Below, one piece after another: positions 43,101-52,228 of a stretch of 64,000 bases of DNA. A program made the position numbers and the translations under genes. This DNA is from Candidatus Marinacidobacterales bacterium (lineage in GTDB: Bacteria; Acidobacteriota; Vicinamibacteria; Marinacidobacterales; SMYC01): assembly GCA_965237955.1 (NCBI GenBank), contig OZ250169.1:6080001-6144000 (forward strand), given 5' to 3'. Position 1 is the first letter of the stretch, and each line of letters begins with the position of its first letter. The notes beneath the pieces are model-generated. The model worked only from the letters and a program-made list of their open reading frames with translations. It did no database searches and was not told the origin of the DNA.

Positions 43101-43741
43101 TCCAGGCTTCCATCGATCTGTCCGGGTACCTGGTTTGCCGTCAGGAGTGAACTCGCACTTCCTTCGTTGGGGTTCGAGGTGCTGTCAAGGAATTGAGGAG
43201 CCGGATCGGCAGGGTCTTCTTTCAAATGCCAGACAGCGCGGTAATTTAAATTCCGAACCCCGACTACGTTTTCTTGAGAAGAAACAATGGAAGCGTCGCC
43301 GTAGTACATCTCAATGAGTGTATCGGTATTGTAAGAAAGGACGGGGATTCTCACCCAGGCAACGAACCTCCCTGTGACAGGATCGTATGCCTCGATCTCG
43401 TGGTCGAGATTCGCGACCGTGCAACCCTGCCTGAAGACGATGTCGAAGCCATTTGCATTTTCTACTTTTCCACCGTTACCCGTCGTCCTCAGATCAAGGT
43501 CCGTGAGGCTGACGAGAACAGGGAAACCGGCAAGGTCAGCGGAGCCACTGACCTTGGTGTTGTCGATGGTGACCTGCTTGCGGAAACCAAACGCCGCGTC
43601 TGCGGATGGGACGAAGATGTGAAAGAGGAGGAAGGCGATCGCGGTCAGAAACGTTGGCCGAGTGCCGAGCCTCGCAGCAGCAAAGGCATCGCCGGCCGAG
43701 CGGCGGGTAGGTACCTTTTCAGTATAGTGGATTCTACACAT
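37151..43741 (-). pseudogene. Giant exported protein B (~2195 aa reconstructed): signal peptide, DUF2341, LamG, two beta-helix-like modules, TTAVEL Ig-like domain, C25 peptidase; three +1 frameshifts and an in-frame TAG
   Basis: ORF fragments 42713-43741, 42370-43113, 41014-42327, 39843-41279 and 37151-40072 join into 6588 nt after removing 3 bases (~43035, ~41160, 40085) and reading through TAG at 42370-42372. Confidence 0.85.
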
Positions 43742-43866
43742 TCCGGCGGCCCCCTCACGCAACGAGCGGGACTTTCTTTCGAACACGGCCTTCGTGACCC
43801 TGGCCGCTCTTTAGTGCGCCGTTTCTGCTTGCAACTATTGAAGAAAGTTGTTTTGTCCACCCGACT

Positions 43867-43882
43867 TGCAAACGCTGCGCCA
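43867..43882 (-). promoter_or_regulatory. Putative sigma-54 promoter of giant gene B
   Basis: Minus strand TGGCGCAGCGTTTGCA (GG-N10-GC). Confidence 0.62.
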
Positions 43883-44062
43883 AACAACCCCACACTCGCA
43901 GCTCCTTGCGGAAAGGCACCTTGGGAGAACACACTCTCTTGCGGCACCGAGGAAATCGTGGGGAATCTCCCTCTCCGGCTCACCACTTTCGCCCACACAC
44001 TCGCATTCGCACCGAGGGAAAGAAAAGATTGACGTCGGACAGGAAAAGCGAATCTGGCGTCC

Positions 44063-44105
44063 AGGAGCCGCCACTCCTAACTTCAACTGCCCGTGGGGCA
44101 TCTCC
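44063..44105. mobile_element. Solitary IS256-like terminal repeat
   Basis: AGGAGCCGCCACTCCTAACTTCAACT...GGGGCATCTCC closely matches the IS256 end at 35272-35315; no transposase adjacent. Confidence 0.8.
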
Positions 44106-44108
44106 CCT

Positions 44109-44672
44109 TCAAACAGTCTCTTTCCGGCTTTCCTCGGGCAGGATGGTGCGCATCCAGTAGAGGTAATGCAGCGCCGAGGCCACCACCAGAACGATCGTCG
44201 CTCCCAGCAAGTAGTTCGTCCACGGGTGATCGGTGCGCAGGTAGTTGCACCCGATCACCCACACGATCATGACGAGGTGAATCGTCGTCGTGGCCTTGCC
44301 GAGGAGGCTCGGTGGAAACGTGCGTCGTGCGATGACGAGGTTGAACACGAGAACGGCTAGAAGGATTCCCGCGTCACGGCTGATCGACAGGATGGCGATC
44401 CACGCGGGGATGCGAACGGTGAGCGTGGCACTCGGAAGCGACAGCACGATCAGGCTCGACGTGACGAGGAGCTTGTCGGCTAACGGGTCCAGCATCGTTC
44501 CGAGCTCGGTCCTCTCGTGCCGAATGCGCGCGAACAGCCCGTCGAGCGCATCGGTGATGCCGGCAATGATGAACACGATGAGCGCCCAACCGTAGTATCC
44601 GTAGACGAGCAAAATCACGATAACGGGCACCAAGCACATCCGAAGAATCGTGAGTTGGTTGGCGAGCGTCAT
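44109..44672 (-). CDS. CDP-alcohol phosphatidyltransferase (PgsA/cardiolipin synthase-like)
   Basis: ANQLTILR, TDALDGLFAR...T.LG.MLDPLADK. Confidence 0.9.
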   Translation of the reverse strand: MTLANQLTILRMCLVPVIVILLVYGYYGWALIVFIIAGITDALDGLFARIRHERTELGTMLDPLADKLLVTSSLIVLSLPSATLTVRIPAWIAILSISRDAGILLAVLVFNLVIARRTFPPSLLGKATTTIHLVMIVWVIGCNYLRTDHPWTNYLLGATIVLVVASALHYLYWMRTILPEESRKETV

Positions 44673-44848
44673 CGCTGCAATCGATTCTACTACAACAACT
44701 TAGAGGGAATCGTGTCGAGACCCTTCAAACCGCTTCAAATTTCGATTTCAACTCAGTATACTCGTCACTCACTATTATCCAGTTTGAAGCTGGCGACCCA
44801 ACACCGTCTGGCACCCGCTGGAGTGACTTGGCTCTTTGGGAGACCTGA

Positions 44849-45280
44849 ATGACCAAAATCAAGATGGTGAAGTGCGCGCTCCGCTCTCCCGGAGAAGCAC
44901 CCGCCGCACGATTCGTGCCTCTTCGCGAGTTTCAACTTTGGAAGTACTACATGACGCACGCCCACGAGAAGATCGTGGACGGAGAAGAGATCTCGATTTG
45001 GGTCGATGCGGAAAGCTACGGCGAGCAGCCGCCGACGCAAGCGCGTCCGCTCGAAGCGGTCGTACGCGTCGACCTCCAGTATTGGAACCAAGACTTGAAT
45101 ACCGCGACGCTCATCCAGCGATACTTCCCGCTCGATGACTACGACACGATACGAGACACTTTTCTGCAGCACTTTCCCGACCACCCAGCCCCGGCCGGGA
45201 GTAAGCTCGCGAGAAAACGGATCACGGAGACGAGGGGCTACTATCTCCACCCGAGGCTTCCCCAGGTTCGGGATTCGTAA
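44849..45280 (+). CDS. Hypothetical protein (143 aa)
   Basis: GGGAG RBS, protein-like composition and host-like codon usage; fills the space between two minus-strand genes. No recognised motif. Confidence 0.7.
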   Translation: MTKIKMVKCALRSPGEAPAARFVPLREFQLWKYYMTHAHEKIVDGEEISIWVDAESYGEQPPTQARPLEAVVRVDLQYWNQDLNTATLIQRYFPLDDYDTIRDTFLQHFPDHPAPAGSKLARKRITETRGYYLHPRLPQVRDS

Positions 45281-46190
45281 ACGGCGGCAGTCCCGACGCG
45301 GACAGAAACTCGTTGAGCATCGCTTCGTAGCCTTCAATGTCGGTGCGATAGGCGGCACCGTGCGTCGCGCCCGGAAACGATCGAAAGCGGCTGTGCGCGT
45401 TGATGGTCCGCTCGTGGAGACGCCGTTGTATCTCCACCGGCATGCGCTGATCGTCCTCTCCCGCCACGATCAGCACCGGCCGATCTCCGATCACTGTGAT
45501 CGTACGCTCGAGGTCGAACTCCGATCGATCGAAATCTCCTTGCATCTCAAGAAAAAACAATAGAGCGGTGCCGAACGGAAAGCGCGGAAGCCCGAAGATG
45601 AGATCCAAATGGTGAACGACCGTATGGTCGAGACTCGAGAACGAGCTGTCCGCGATGACGGCAGCGACGTCTTCCGTTTCGGACGCCGCGAGGAGCGACG
45701 CGGCGGCGCCCATCGAAACGCCGTACAGAACAATTTTTACACCCGGCTTCTTCTCCTGGAGAAAATCGACCGCGCCGAGGAAATCTAATCGTTCGTCAAA
45801 ACCGAGGGTGACTCTCTCGCCCTCGCTCTCGCCGTGACGGCGAAAGTCGAACACAAGGGTGTCGTAGCCTTGCGTGCGGAAAAACGCTGCGCGGTCGAGA
45901 ACTTCTCGACGCGATCGGAACAGTCCATGACCACACGCGATCGCGACGTCGGAGCTCGCGCCGCCGAGGTACCAACCACTCAACGTGACTCCATCGGCCG
46001 CAGTGAACGATACGTTCTCGAAATAGAGATCGTAATCGGACGGCGACGACGTCAGCCTGAGATCCATGGGGCGCGTTCCCGCCCGGGTGACGAGACGCGC
46101 AAACGCGTAGGGCAGACCGATGGTCGCAACGAGCACGAGAGCGATCACCAGACCCAACAAGATCTTCTTCCAGTGTTTTCGGATCGCCAT
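45222..46190 (-). CDS. Membrane-anchored alpha/beta hydrolase
   Basis: N-terminal TM, CGHG, FDFRRHGES, YGVSMGA, GEDD, GATHG. Confidence 0.88.
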   Translation of the reverse strand: MAIRKHWKKILLGLVIALVLVATIGLPYAFARLVTRAGTRPMDLRLTSSPSDYDLYFENVSFTAADGVTLSGWYLGGASSDVAIACGHGLFRSRREVLDRAAFFRTQGYDTLVFDFRRHGESEGERVTLGFDERLDFLGAVDFLQEKKPGVKIVLYGVSMGAAASLLAASETEDVAAVIADSSFSSLDHTVVHHLDLIFGLPRFPFGTALLFFLEMQGDFDRSEFDLERTITVIGDRPVLIVAGEDDQRMPVEIQRRLHERTINAHSRFRSFPGATHGAAYRTDIEGYEAMLNEFLSASGLPPFTNPEPGEASGGDSSPSSP

Positions 46191-46195
46191 CGGGC

Positions 46196-47410
46196 CTAGC
46201 TCTCCCCGGACGGTTCATCGATCAGTAACAGCAGCACGAGAGCGGCGATACTGAAGGCCGATGTCATCCAACAGATGTAGTGGAAGCCGTAGAGCGGGGC
46301 GCCTAATGGTTCGTAGAGCACGGATGCGAGCGCTGCCGCCGTCGCGCTTCCAACTTGTGACAACGTGTTTCGCAAAGCGACGTAGGCGCCCCGCTCTTCG
46401 GTGCTGACGAGCTCCGTCACCAACGACTGCAGCGGCGCCACACGAGCGAGCGCCGAGAGGCCTACCAACCCGAGCGTCAAGTACAAGAGCGCTCCGCCAG
46501 TCTCGGGAACGACGATCAGGAAAAACGCGAGAGCGGCGCTGCCCGCGAGCGCCACCCGCAACTTCCCCACTCGATCCGACAACCACCCCGCCGCCAACGC
46601 GCCGATGAGGCTAGCGATACCAGTAATGAAAAAAACGAGGCCGACGCTCGTCAACGACAAGCCGAATCTGCTGCGGAGGTAGGCGCCGAGATAAAGGAGG
46701 AACCCCGTCAGGCCTCCGGTGACAAAAAAAGCCGAAAACGCACCCGCGGCGGTAGAGCGCACCTTCAAGAACCGGAGGTATGCGAGCGGATTCCTGACCG
46801 CGCGTCCGTGTCGCTCGGTCTCGTCGAACCAGAGCGCGACCGCAACGGTGACGATGGCGCCAATGGCAGCGAAGACGACGTAATTCGTTCGCCATCCGGC
46901 GTGCTCTGCGATCCAAAGGGCCGGCGGAAAAACGAGAACCGGTACAGCGTACGCGGCGGCGACCCAGGCCATGGCTCGCCCGCGGCGTTCGTAGGGCACG
47001 ACGTCCGCAATCGCGGCCACGACCAGAGCAGAAATGATCCCGCCGGCAGCCCCGGTGACGACTCGAGCGCCCACGAATACCACGAACGACGGTGCTGCGG
47101 CGACGAGAAGGCTTCCGAGACCGAAAACGCCGCCCGCCGCGATGAGAAATCTACGGTGGCCCGACGCGTCCGACAGCGGACCGACAACCAGCGCCGCGAG
47201 CGCCGCAGCGATCGCGTAGCCGACGACGCTCCAGCCCACCGACACTTCGGACGTACCCAGTTTCGCCGCAATCTCGGGGAGGATCGGCGCTAGAAGTTGG
47301 TTGTCGACCAGCCCGAGAGTGAGAAGGCTGGCGAGAACGGAGACGATCCTCGTCTCCGCCGGGACGGCGTCCGCCCGGTTGAGAACCTCTGCTCGATCGC
47401 CGTCGCTCAT
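46196..47410 (-). CDS. MFS transporter
   Basis: About 12 hydrophobic segments; GPLSDASGHRR and GWLSDRVGK motif-A variants. Confidence 0.9.
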   Translation of the reverse strand: MSDGDRAEVLNRADAVPAETRIVSVLASLLTLGLVDNQLLAPILPEIAAKLGTSEVSVGWSVVGYAIAAALAALVVGPLSDASGHRRFLIAAGGVFGLGSLLVAAAPSFVVFVGARVVTGAAGGIISALVVAAIADVVPYERRGRAMAWVAAAYAVPVLVFPPALWIAEHAGWRTNYVVFAAIGAIVTVAVALWFDETERHGRAVRNPLAYLRFLKVRSTAAGAFSAFFVTGGLTGFLLYLGAYLRSRFGLSLTSVGLVFFITGIASLIGALAAGWLSDRVGKLRVALAGSAALAFFLIVVPETGGALLYLTLGLVGLSALARVAPLQSLVTELVSTEERGAYVALRNTLSQVGSATAAALASVLYEPLGAPLYGFHYICWMTSAFSIAALVLLLLIDEPSGES

Positions 47411-47422
47411 GTGACCGGCGCG

Positions 47423-48550
47423 TCAAGAAATAGTCGCGAGGCAGGTCTCGATCTCGCGTCTATCGGCGCTTCGCTCCGGAGGGACCAGTCGAAGCGCTTT
47501 TTCGAGTGGATCCCGGGCTTCGCGTTTCCAACCCCGGCGGATGTAGAGCTTTGCTATCCAGTATAGATACTCCCACGCGTTGTCGTCATCCGTGATCATC
47601 AACCGGTCGCAAGCGGCGAGACCGGCTTCTTCATCGAACGTTTCTGCTAGAACCAATTGCGCTAGCTCACGGTTGTAGCGCACTTCGTCAGGTGCGAGCG
47701 CGCACGCACGGTTCAACAGTCGAAACTGAGATTCGCGATCCTTGGCTTTGCCGAGAAGGAGCGCGGCCTCGAAGTAGGCTTCGTGGAAATTCGGCTCGCG
47801 CGCTACGGTCTCACGAAACTTTTCGAGAGCCGCGTCGTCTCGTTTCAATCCCGCGAGTGCGCGGCCGATGAGAAAGATCACGTCGGGATTGTCGCCGTCG
47901 TCCGCGGTAACGGAAGTGAGACGTTCGCGCGCTTGCTCATAACGACCGAGCTCGATGTTCACCGCGGACAGCAAGACCGCCACTTCGGTGTCGCTGGGAG
48001 CGGCGCGGTCGGCCACCTTCAACGCCTCGCGCGCGAGCTCCATGTCGCCCGCGAGGCTTTTGGCTCGACCAAGCTCAAGGTGAACGACGAACGTCGTCGT
48101 CGTCGAAGCCGCGGCGGACGAAAGAAAATGCACGGCACGCTCGTAATTCCCCTGGACGAGAGCAACATAACCAGCCTTGAAGTCGTCGTTCAACGCACGG
48201 TAGGCGTCGATGCGGCCTGGGTCTTTCTCGCCGATGGCGAGCTCGAAAAGATCGTCGAGGCCCGGATGGAACGAGCGCTCGTCGTCCCCATCCTCCGGTT
48301 CACGAGCGGGCTCGTGGACAGACTCGTAGGTGGGCACTTCGACAGCGCATCCGCGCTCGCGCGGCTGGCGGTCGCATTGACGGATTAGTGCGTCGATGGT
48401 CGTCGAGCGGTAGTCTCGCGCACCCAGCACCGAGCGCGCGCGCGTATATTCGTGGCGGGCTCGATCGAGCTCCCCTGCGAGAAACAAACGATCGCCACGG
48501 TGGCGGAGTCGCTCGTAGCCGTGCAGATAGTTCCAAACGCGAGCCAACAA
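47423..48550 (-). CDS. Tetratricopeptide-repeat protein
   Basis: Repeated helical TPR patterns (HLELGRA...AL..A...AP, IGRALA.L...AL..F). Confidence 0.75.
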   Translation of the reverse strand: MLARVWNYLHGYERLRHRGDRLFLAGELDRARHEYTRARSVLGARDYRSTTIDALIRQCDRQPRERGCAVEVPTYESVHEPAREPEDGDDERSFHPGLDDLFELAIGEKDPGRIDAYRALNDDFKAGYVALVQGNYERAVHFLSSAAASTTTTFVVHLELGRAKSLAGDMELAREALKVADRAAPSDTEVAVLLSAVNIELGRYEQARERLTSVTADDGDNPDVIFLIGRALAGLKRDDAALEKFRETVAREPNFHEAYFEAALLLGKAKDRESQFRLLNRACALAPDEVRYNRELAQLVLAETFDEEAGLAACDRLMITDDDNAWEYLYWIAKLYIRRGWKREARDPLEKALRLVPPERSADRREIETCLATIS

Positions 48551-48551
48551 G

Positions 48552-49103
48552 TTAGTGCCGAGGTGGGGGTCGCTGCCTCTCCGGCAGGAGCAGCTCCCAG
48601 TTGTAACGATTCTGCCGGGTCTCTCTCAAACGGTACTCGGCAATGGCGCGTCGCTCGAAGACGCCATTGCAATCGACGGCGAGAGGGACGAATACGTAGT
48701 GCGCGGCAGACTGACACTGGAACGCGGCGTCTCTCGCCAACTCGAGCTCTTTCTCGGCAGCCTTGAGCCGCTCCGGCCATACGCGAGCCCAGGTCTCGCG
48801 GTACTCCCTAATCTCAGCTTCGGTCAACCGGCGCTCGCCGGAATCCGACGCGTCGGAATCGTCAACCGCACCCGCGGACGATGGATCGGACTCGCCCGGG
48901 TCTCGTCCGGTTACCGAAAGACCGTCTCCTCGTGCGCTCGAGAGCTCTTCGTCACCGAGGACGGGAACCGGCTCGTGGTTTCCTGCCCCGGCAGTGCGGG
49001 CGCGCCGATCCTTCTCCTTCTTCGCGACTTCCGCGAGCGACTGCGCAGACACCACCCCCGTCCCGAACAAGAGAAGTGCCGCCCAGGGCGCCAGTGCTCG
49101 CAT
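48552..49103 (-). CDS. Secreted hypothetical protein
   Basis: Signal peptide then AQSLAEVAKKEKDRR, an acidic linker and a helical C-terminus with two Cys. Confidence 0.65.
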   Translation of the reverse strand: MRALAPWAALLLFGTGVVSAQSLAEVAKKEKDRRARTAGAGNHEPVPVLGDEELSSARGDGLSVTGRDPGESDPSSAGAVDDSDASDSGERRLTEAEIREYRETWARVWPERLKAAEKELELARDAAFQCQSAAHYVFVPLAVDCNGVFERRAIAEYRLRETRQNRYNWELLLPERQRPPPRH

Positions 49104-49237
49104 CTCCCCTATACTTTGCCGCAATCGGGTCGCTTCGCGCAACGAGCGATACCCGTTTTGCGGTATAGTGTTGGCTTGGCGCCGCTCGACACACCCCGCC
49201 GGGCTGAATAGATAGACATCATTAGGACGCCTACTCC

Positions 49238-51958
49238 ATGAGTCTGCTGAACCGCCTACGCCCGAAGTGGCAGAACAGCGACCCCGAGGTGCGCGTCGAC
49301 GCCGTCCGTCAATTGGACAAAAACGACATCGAGCTGCTCACGGCGGTCGCGCAGCAGGACACCGACGCCCGCGTCCGCAAGGTCGCCATCAAAAAGCTCG
49401 ACGCACCACGCCTTCTACTCGAGCTCGCCGAGACCGACAACGACGAAGGTGTGCGCACGTCCGCGCTCGTGCGTGCGCGGCACCTCCTCGTGCATATCGC
49501 GTGTGACTCGCGCAACGCCGACGAGTCGACACGGGCACTCGAGCTTCTCACCGAAGCATCCGATATCGCGAGCGTCGCGGAAAAGGCTCACTTCGAAGCT
49601 GTTCGTACGAACGCCTTCGATTCGCTTCAGGACGATGCCGCGCTCTCGACGCTGGTTCACACAGCGAAGAATCCCGCTATCCGTTTACGTGCGCTCAAGC
49701 GCGTCCAACAACCCTCTTCGCTCAAGAACATCGTTCTCGACGAGAACGCGGGCGCGCTCGCATCGATCGCGCTCACGCGCATCGAGGACATCGAAGTACT
49801 CGAAGCCGTCGTCGACCATGGTGCCGCCGCCAAATCGCTCCGCCGTCAAGCGCTCGCGAAGTTGTCGAAGCTCGCGCCCGACGATCACCCGATCAAGGTC
49901 AAAGAGCGAGAGGAACATTTCGCTGAGCTCTGCCAACGAGTCGAAGAGCTCGAGGAGGGCGCTCCGAGACCAGACGAGCTCGCCGAGATCGAGTCTCGAT
50001 GGTCGGAGCTCAAATCCCACGGCGCTCCCTCGGACGAACTGGCTCAGAGCTTCGATGCCGTCGCCACGCGCATCCGCGAGCGCGCAACCAAGAAATTACG
50101 TCGAGCCGAGCAATCTGTCCAGGCTGTGGAGGCGGTCGAGGAAGTCGCCGAACCTGCGACAGAACTCGCGCGCTCCACGAAGGCCGACGACAAACCCGAA
50201 GCGGAGCCGGTACAGCCCCTACAGCTAGACCAGCTCGAGAGGTTGGAGGCTCGTAGACAAGAGCTCAAAGACCTCCTCGCCGAAGCCGAATCAGCGTCGA
50301 AGGTCGACGATCCGGAGGCCGCCTCTCGCGCCCTCACCAAGCTTTCGAAGAAGTGGCGTACGCTCGAGAGCGTTGCCGACGCGGACGCGAAAGCCCGTTA
50401 CGCGCACCTCGAAGAGGGCGCCCATGAACTTCAGGAAACCAAGCGTCGTGAGCAGGAGGCCAAGGAACAAAAAACGCTCACCGAGATCCAAACGTGCTTG
50501 GCAAAGATGACCGAGCTCACGAGCTCCGACGAGCTTTCGATCCGGGAAGCCGGCAAAGCACTGCGCCAAGCGCAGAATCTCCTGAAGACGATGGGGCCTC
50601 TCGCGCGGAGCGTCAATCGCAAGAAAATACGGCGCGAGCTTACCGACGCCCGCGAGAAGTTGTTCAAGAAAACGCAGGACATGCGCACGATCGAGGATTG
50701 GAAGCGCTGGGCCAATGTCGACATCCAAAACGGCTTGATTACCCGTATCGAAGCGTTGCGCGAGTCGCGGGATACTCCAAAGGTTGCGAAGGAGCTGCGT
50801 GTGATCCACGAGGAGTGGAAGAAAGCCGGCGCGGCGCCATCGGAACAATCCGAGGAGTTGTGGCAGCGCTACAAGTCGGTCCGAGACGAGCTGAAGGTCA
50901 AGTGCGACGAGTTTTTCGAGAAACAAAACAAGGACCGCCTCGAAAACCTGCGGAAGAAAGAGGCGTTGTGCGTGGAAGTCGAGGCGCTCGACGATTCCAA
51001 GGAATGGAACAAGACCGCCGACGCGATCAAAGCGCTTCAAGAGAAGTGGAAGACGATCGGACCAGCTCCCCAGAAACAATCCGATGCAGTGTGGAGGCGA
51101 TTTCGAAAAGCGTGCGACCACTTCTTCGAGCGTCGCAAGGGTCACTTCGACGAGATCAAGGGTGAGCAAGGCGAGAATTTGAAAAAGAAAGAAGCGCTGT
51201 GCGAACTAGTGGAGACCGTTCAAGACTCGACCGATTGGCGTAACACCGCCGACGAGCTCAAACGCTTGCAAGCCGAGTGGCGGACGGTAGGCGCAGTGCA
51301 GCGGAAGAAATCCGACCAAGTGTGGAAACGGTTTCGAAAGGCGTGCGACCACTTTTTCGATCGATACAAGCGGCGCGACGAAGTCGAGCTCGAAGAGCGA
51401 CAGAAACAGCGCGAGGCGATCGTGGAGGAAACGACTCTGTTCGCAGAAGAACTCCCGGACGATGCGAACGCGGTGGCGTCGAAAGCGAAGGGGTTCTGGG
51501 TGAGTTGGAAAAGCCTCAGCGCCGTCCCCGAATCGACCCGAGATGTTCAAGAACGCTTCGAATCGATTGTCAGCCAACTCGTTTCCGGCGTGCCCAACGC
51601 GTTCGCCGACACCGACCTTGACCCCGCGACGAGTCGCAAAAAACGCGAACGCCTCGTCATCCGCCTCGAGACCCTGGTGAACGAGCTCACCGGCAAGACG
51701 ACCGCCGCGAACGAGGCTGCCGAGCTCGGCGAGCTCGAAGACTTGGCCCGAAGACTCAAGGATGCTCTCGCTAGCAACACGATGACCGGCGGCAAACCCC
51801 GGGAGAAAAAGCTCGATTGGCGCGCCGCCTCGGACGAAGTGCGCCGGTTGAAAGCGAACTGGCTACGCGCCGCCCCGGTGCCGGGCGACGAAGGCCGTGC
51901 CCTCGGCGAGCGATTCCAAAACGCTTACGAGAGTTTTTTGAAGCAGAAACCCAAGTAG
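49238..51958 (+). CDS. DUF349 domain-containing protein with N-terminal HEAT-like repeats
   Basis: PKWQNSDPEVR...A; repeated WK.IGP.P...SD.VW.RFRKACDHFF and ENL.KKEALC. Confidence 0.88.
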   Translation: MSLLNRLRPKWQNSDPEVRVDAVRQLDKNDIELLTAVAQQDTDARVRKVAIKKLDAPRLLLELAETDNDEGVRTSALVRARHLLVHIACDSRNADESTRALELLTEASDIASVAEKAHFEAVRTNAFDSLQDDAALSTLVHTAKNPAIRLRALKRVQQPSSLKNIVLDENAGALASIALTRIEDIEVLEAVVDHGAAAKSLRRQALAKLSKLAPDDHPIKVKEREEHFAELCQRVEELEEGAPRPDELAEIESRWSELKSHGAPSDELAQSFDAVATRIRERATKKLRRAEQSVQAVEAVEEVAEPATELARSTKADDKPEAEPVQPLQLDQLERLEARRQELKDLLAEAESASKVDDPEAASRALTKLSKKWRTLESVADADAKARYAHLEEGAHELQETKRREQEAKEQKTLTEIQTCLAKMTELTSSDELSIREAGKALRQAQNLLKTMGPLARSVNRKKIRRELTDAREKLFKKTQDMRTIEDWKRWANVDIQNGLITRIEALRESRDTPKVAKELRVIHEEWKKAGAAPSEQSEELWQRYKSVRDELKVKCDEFFEKQNKDRLENLRKKEALCVEVEALDDSKEWNKTADAIKALQEKWKTIGPAPQKQSDAVWRRFRKACDHFFERRKGHFDEIKGEQGENLKKKEALCELVETVQDSTDWRNTADELKRLQAEWRTVGAVQRKKSDQVWKRFRKACDHFFDRYKRRDEVELEERQKQREAIVEETTLFAEELPDDANAVASKAKGFWVSWKSLSAVPESTRDVQERFESIVSQLVSGVPNAFADTDLDPATSRKKRERLVIRLETLVNELTGKTTAANEAAELGELEDLARRLKDALASNTMTGGKPREKKLDWRAASDEVRRLKANWLRAAPVPGDEGRALGERFQNAYESFLKQKPK

Positions 51959-52037
51959 CTGCATCCTGCTGCCGCTTCCCGCTCAGTCCACCATCTCCTC
52001 GATTAGCGCCAGCACACGGCGGCTGGAAAAGAAAAAC

Positions 52038-52150
52038 TCACCGCAGAGAATGCAGAGTCGCGAAAGCGCAAAGACCTTCATACGGATGCGGAGAGAGAGG
52101 ACAGCTGAGGGGGAAAGTGGAGTAGACTTACTTTCGCGTCTTTGCGTTGA
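52038..52150. repeat. Degenerate REP-like inverted repeat between convergent genes
   Basis: CCGCAGAGAATGCAGAGTCGCGAAAGCGCAAAGAC ... CTTTCGCGTCTTTGCGTTGA, related to 22925-23009. Confidence 0.5.
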
Positions 52151-52228
52151 TTTTTTCGGTTGGGCTTCGGCGCGCGGTGCTGCTGTGGGGAGCGAGCTCG
52201 GCTATCGTCGAAACCCGTATAGCGCTAG

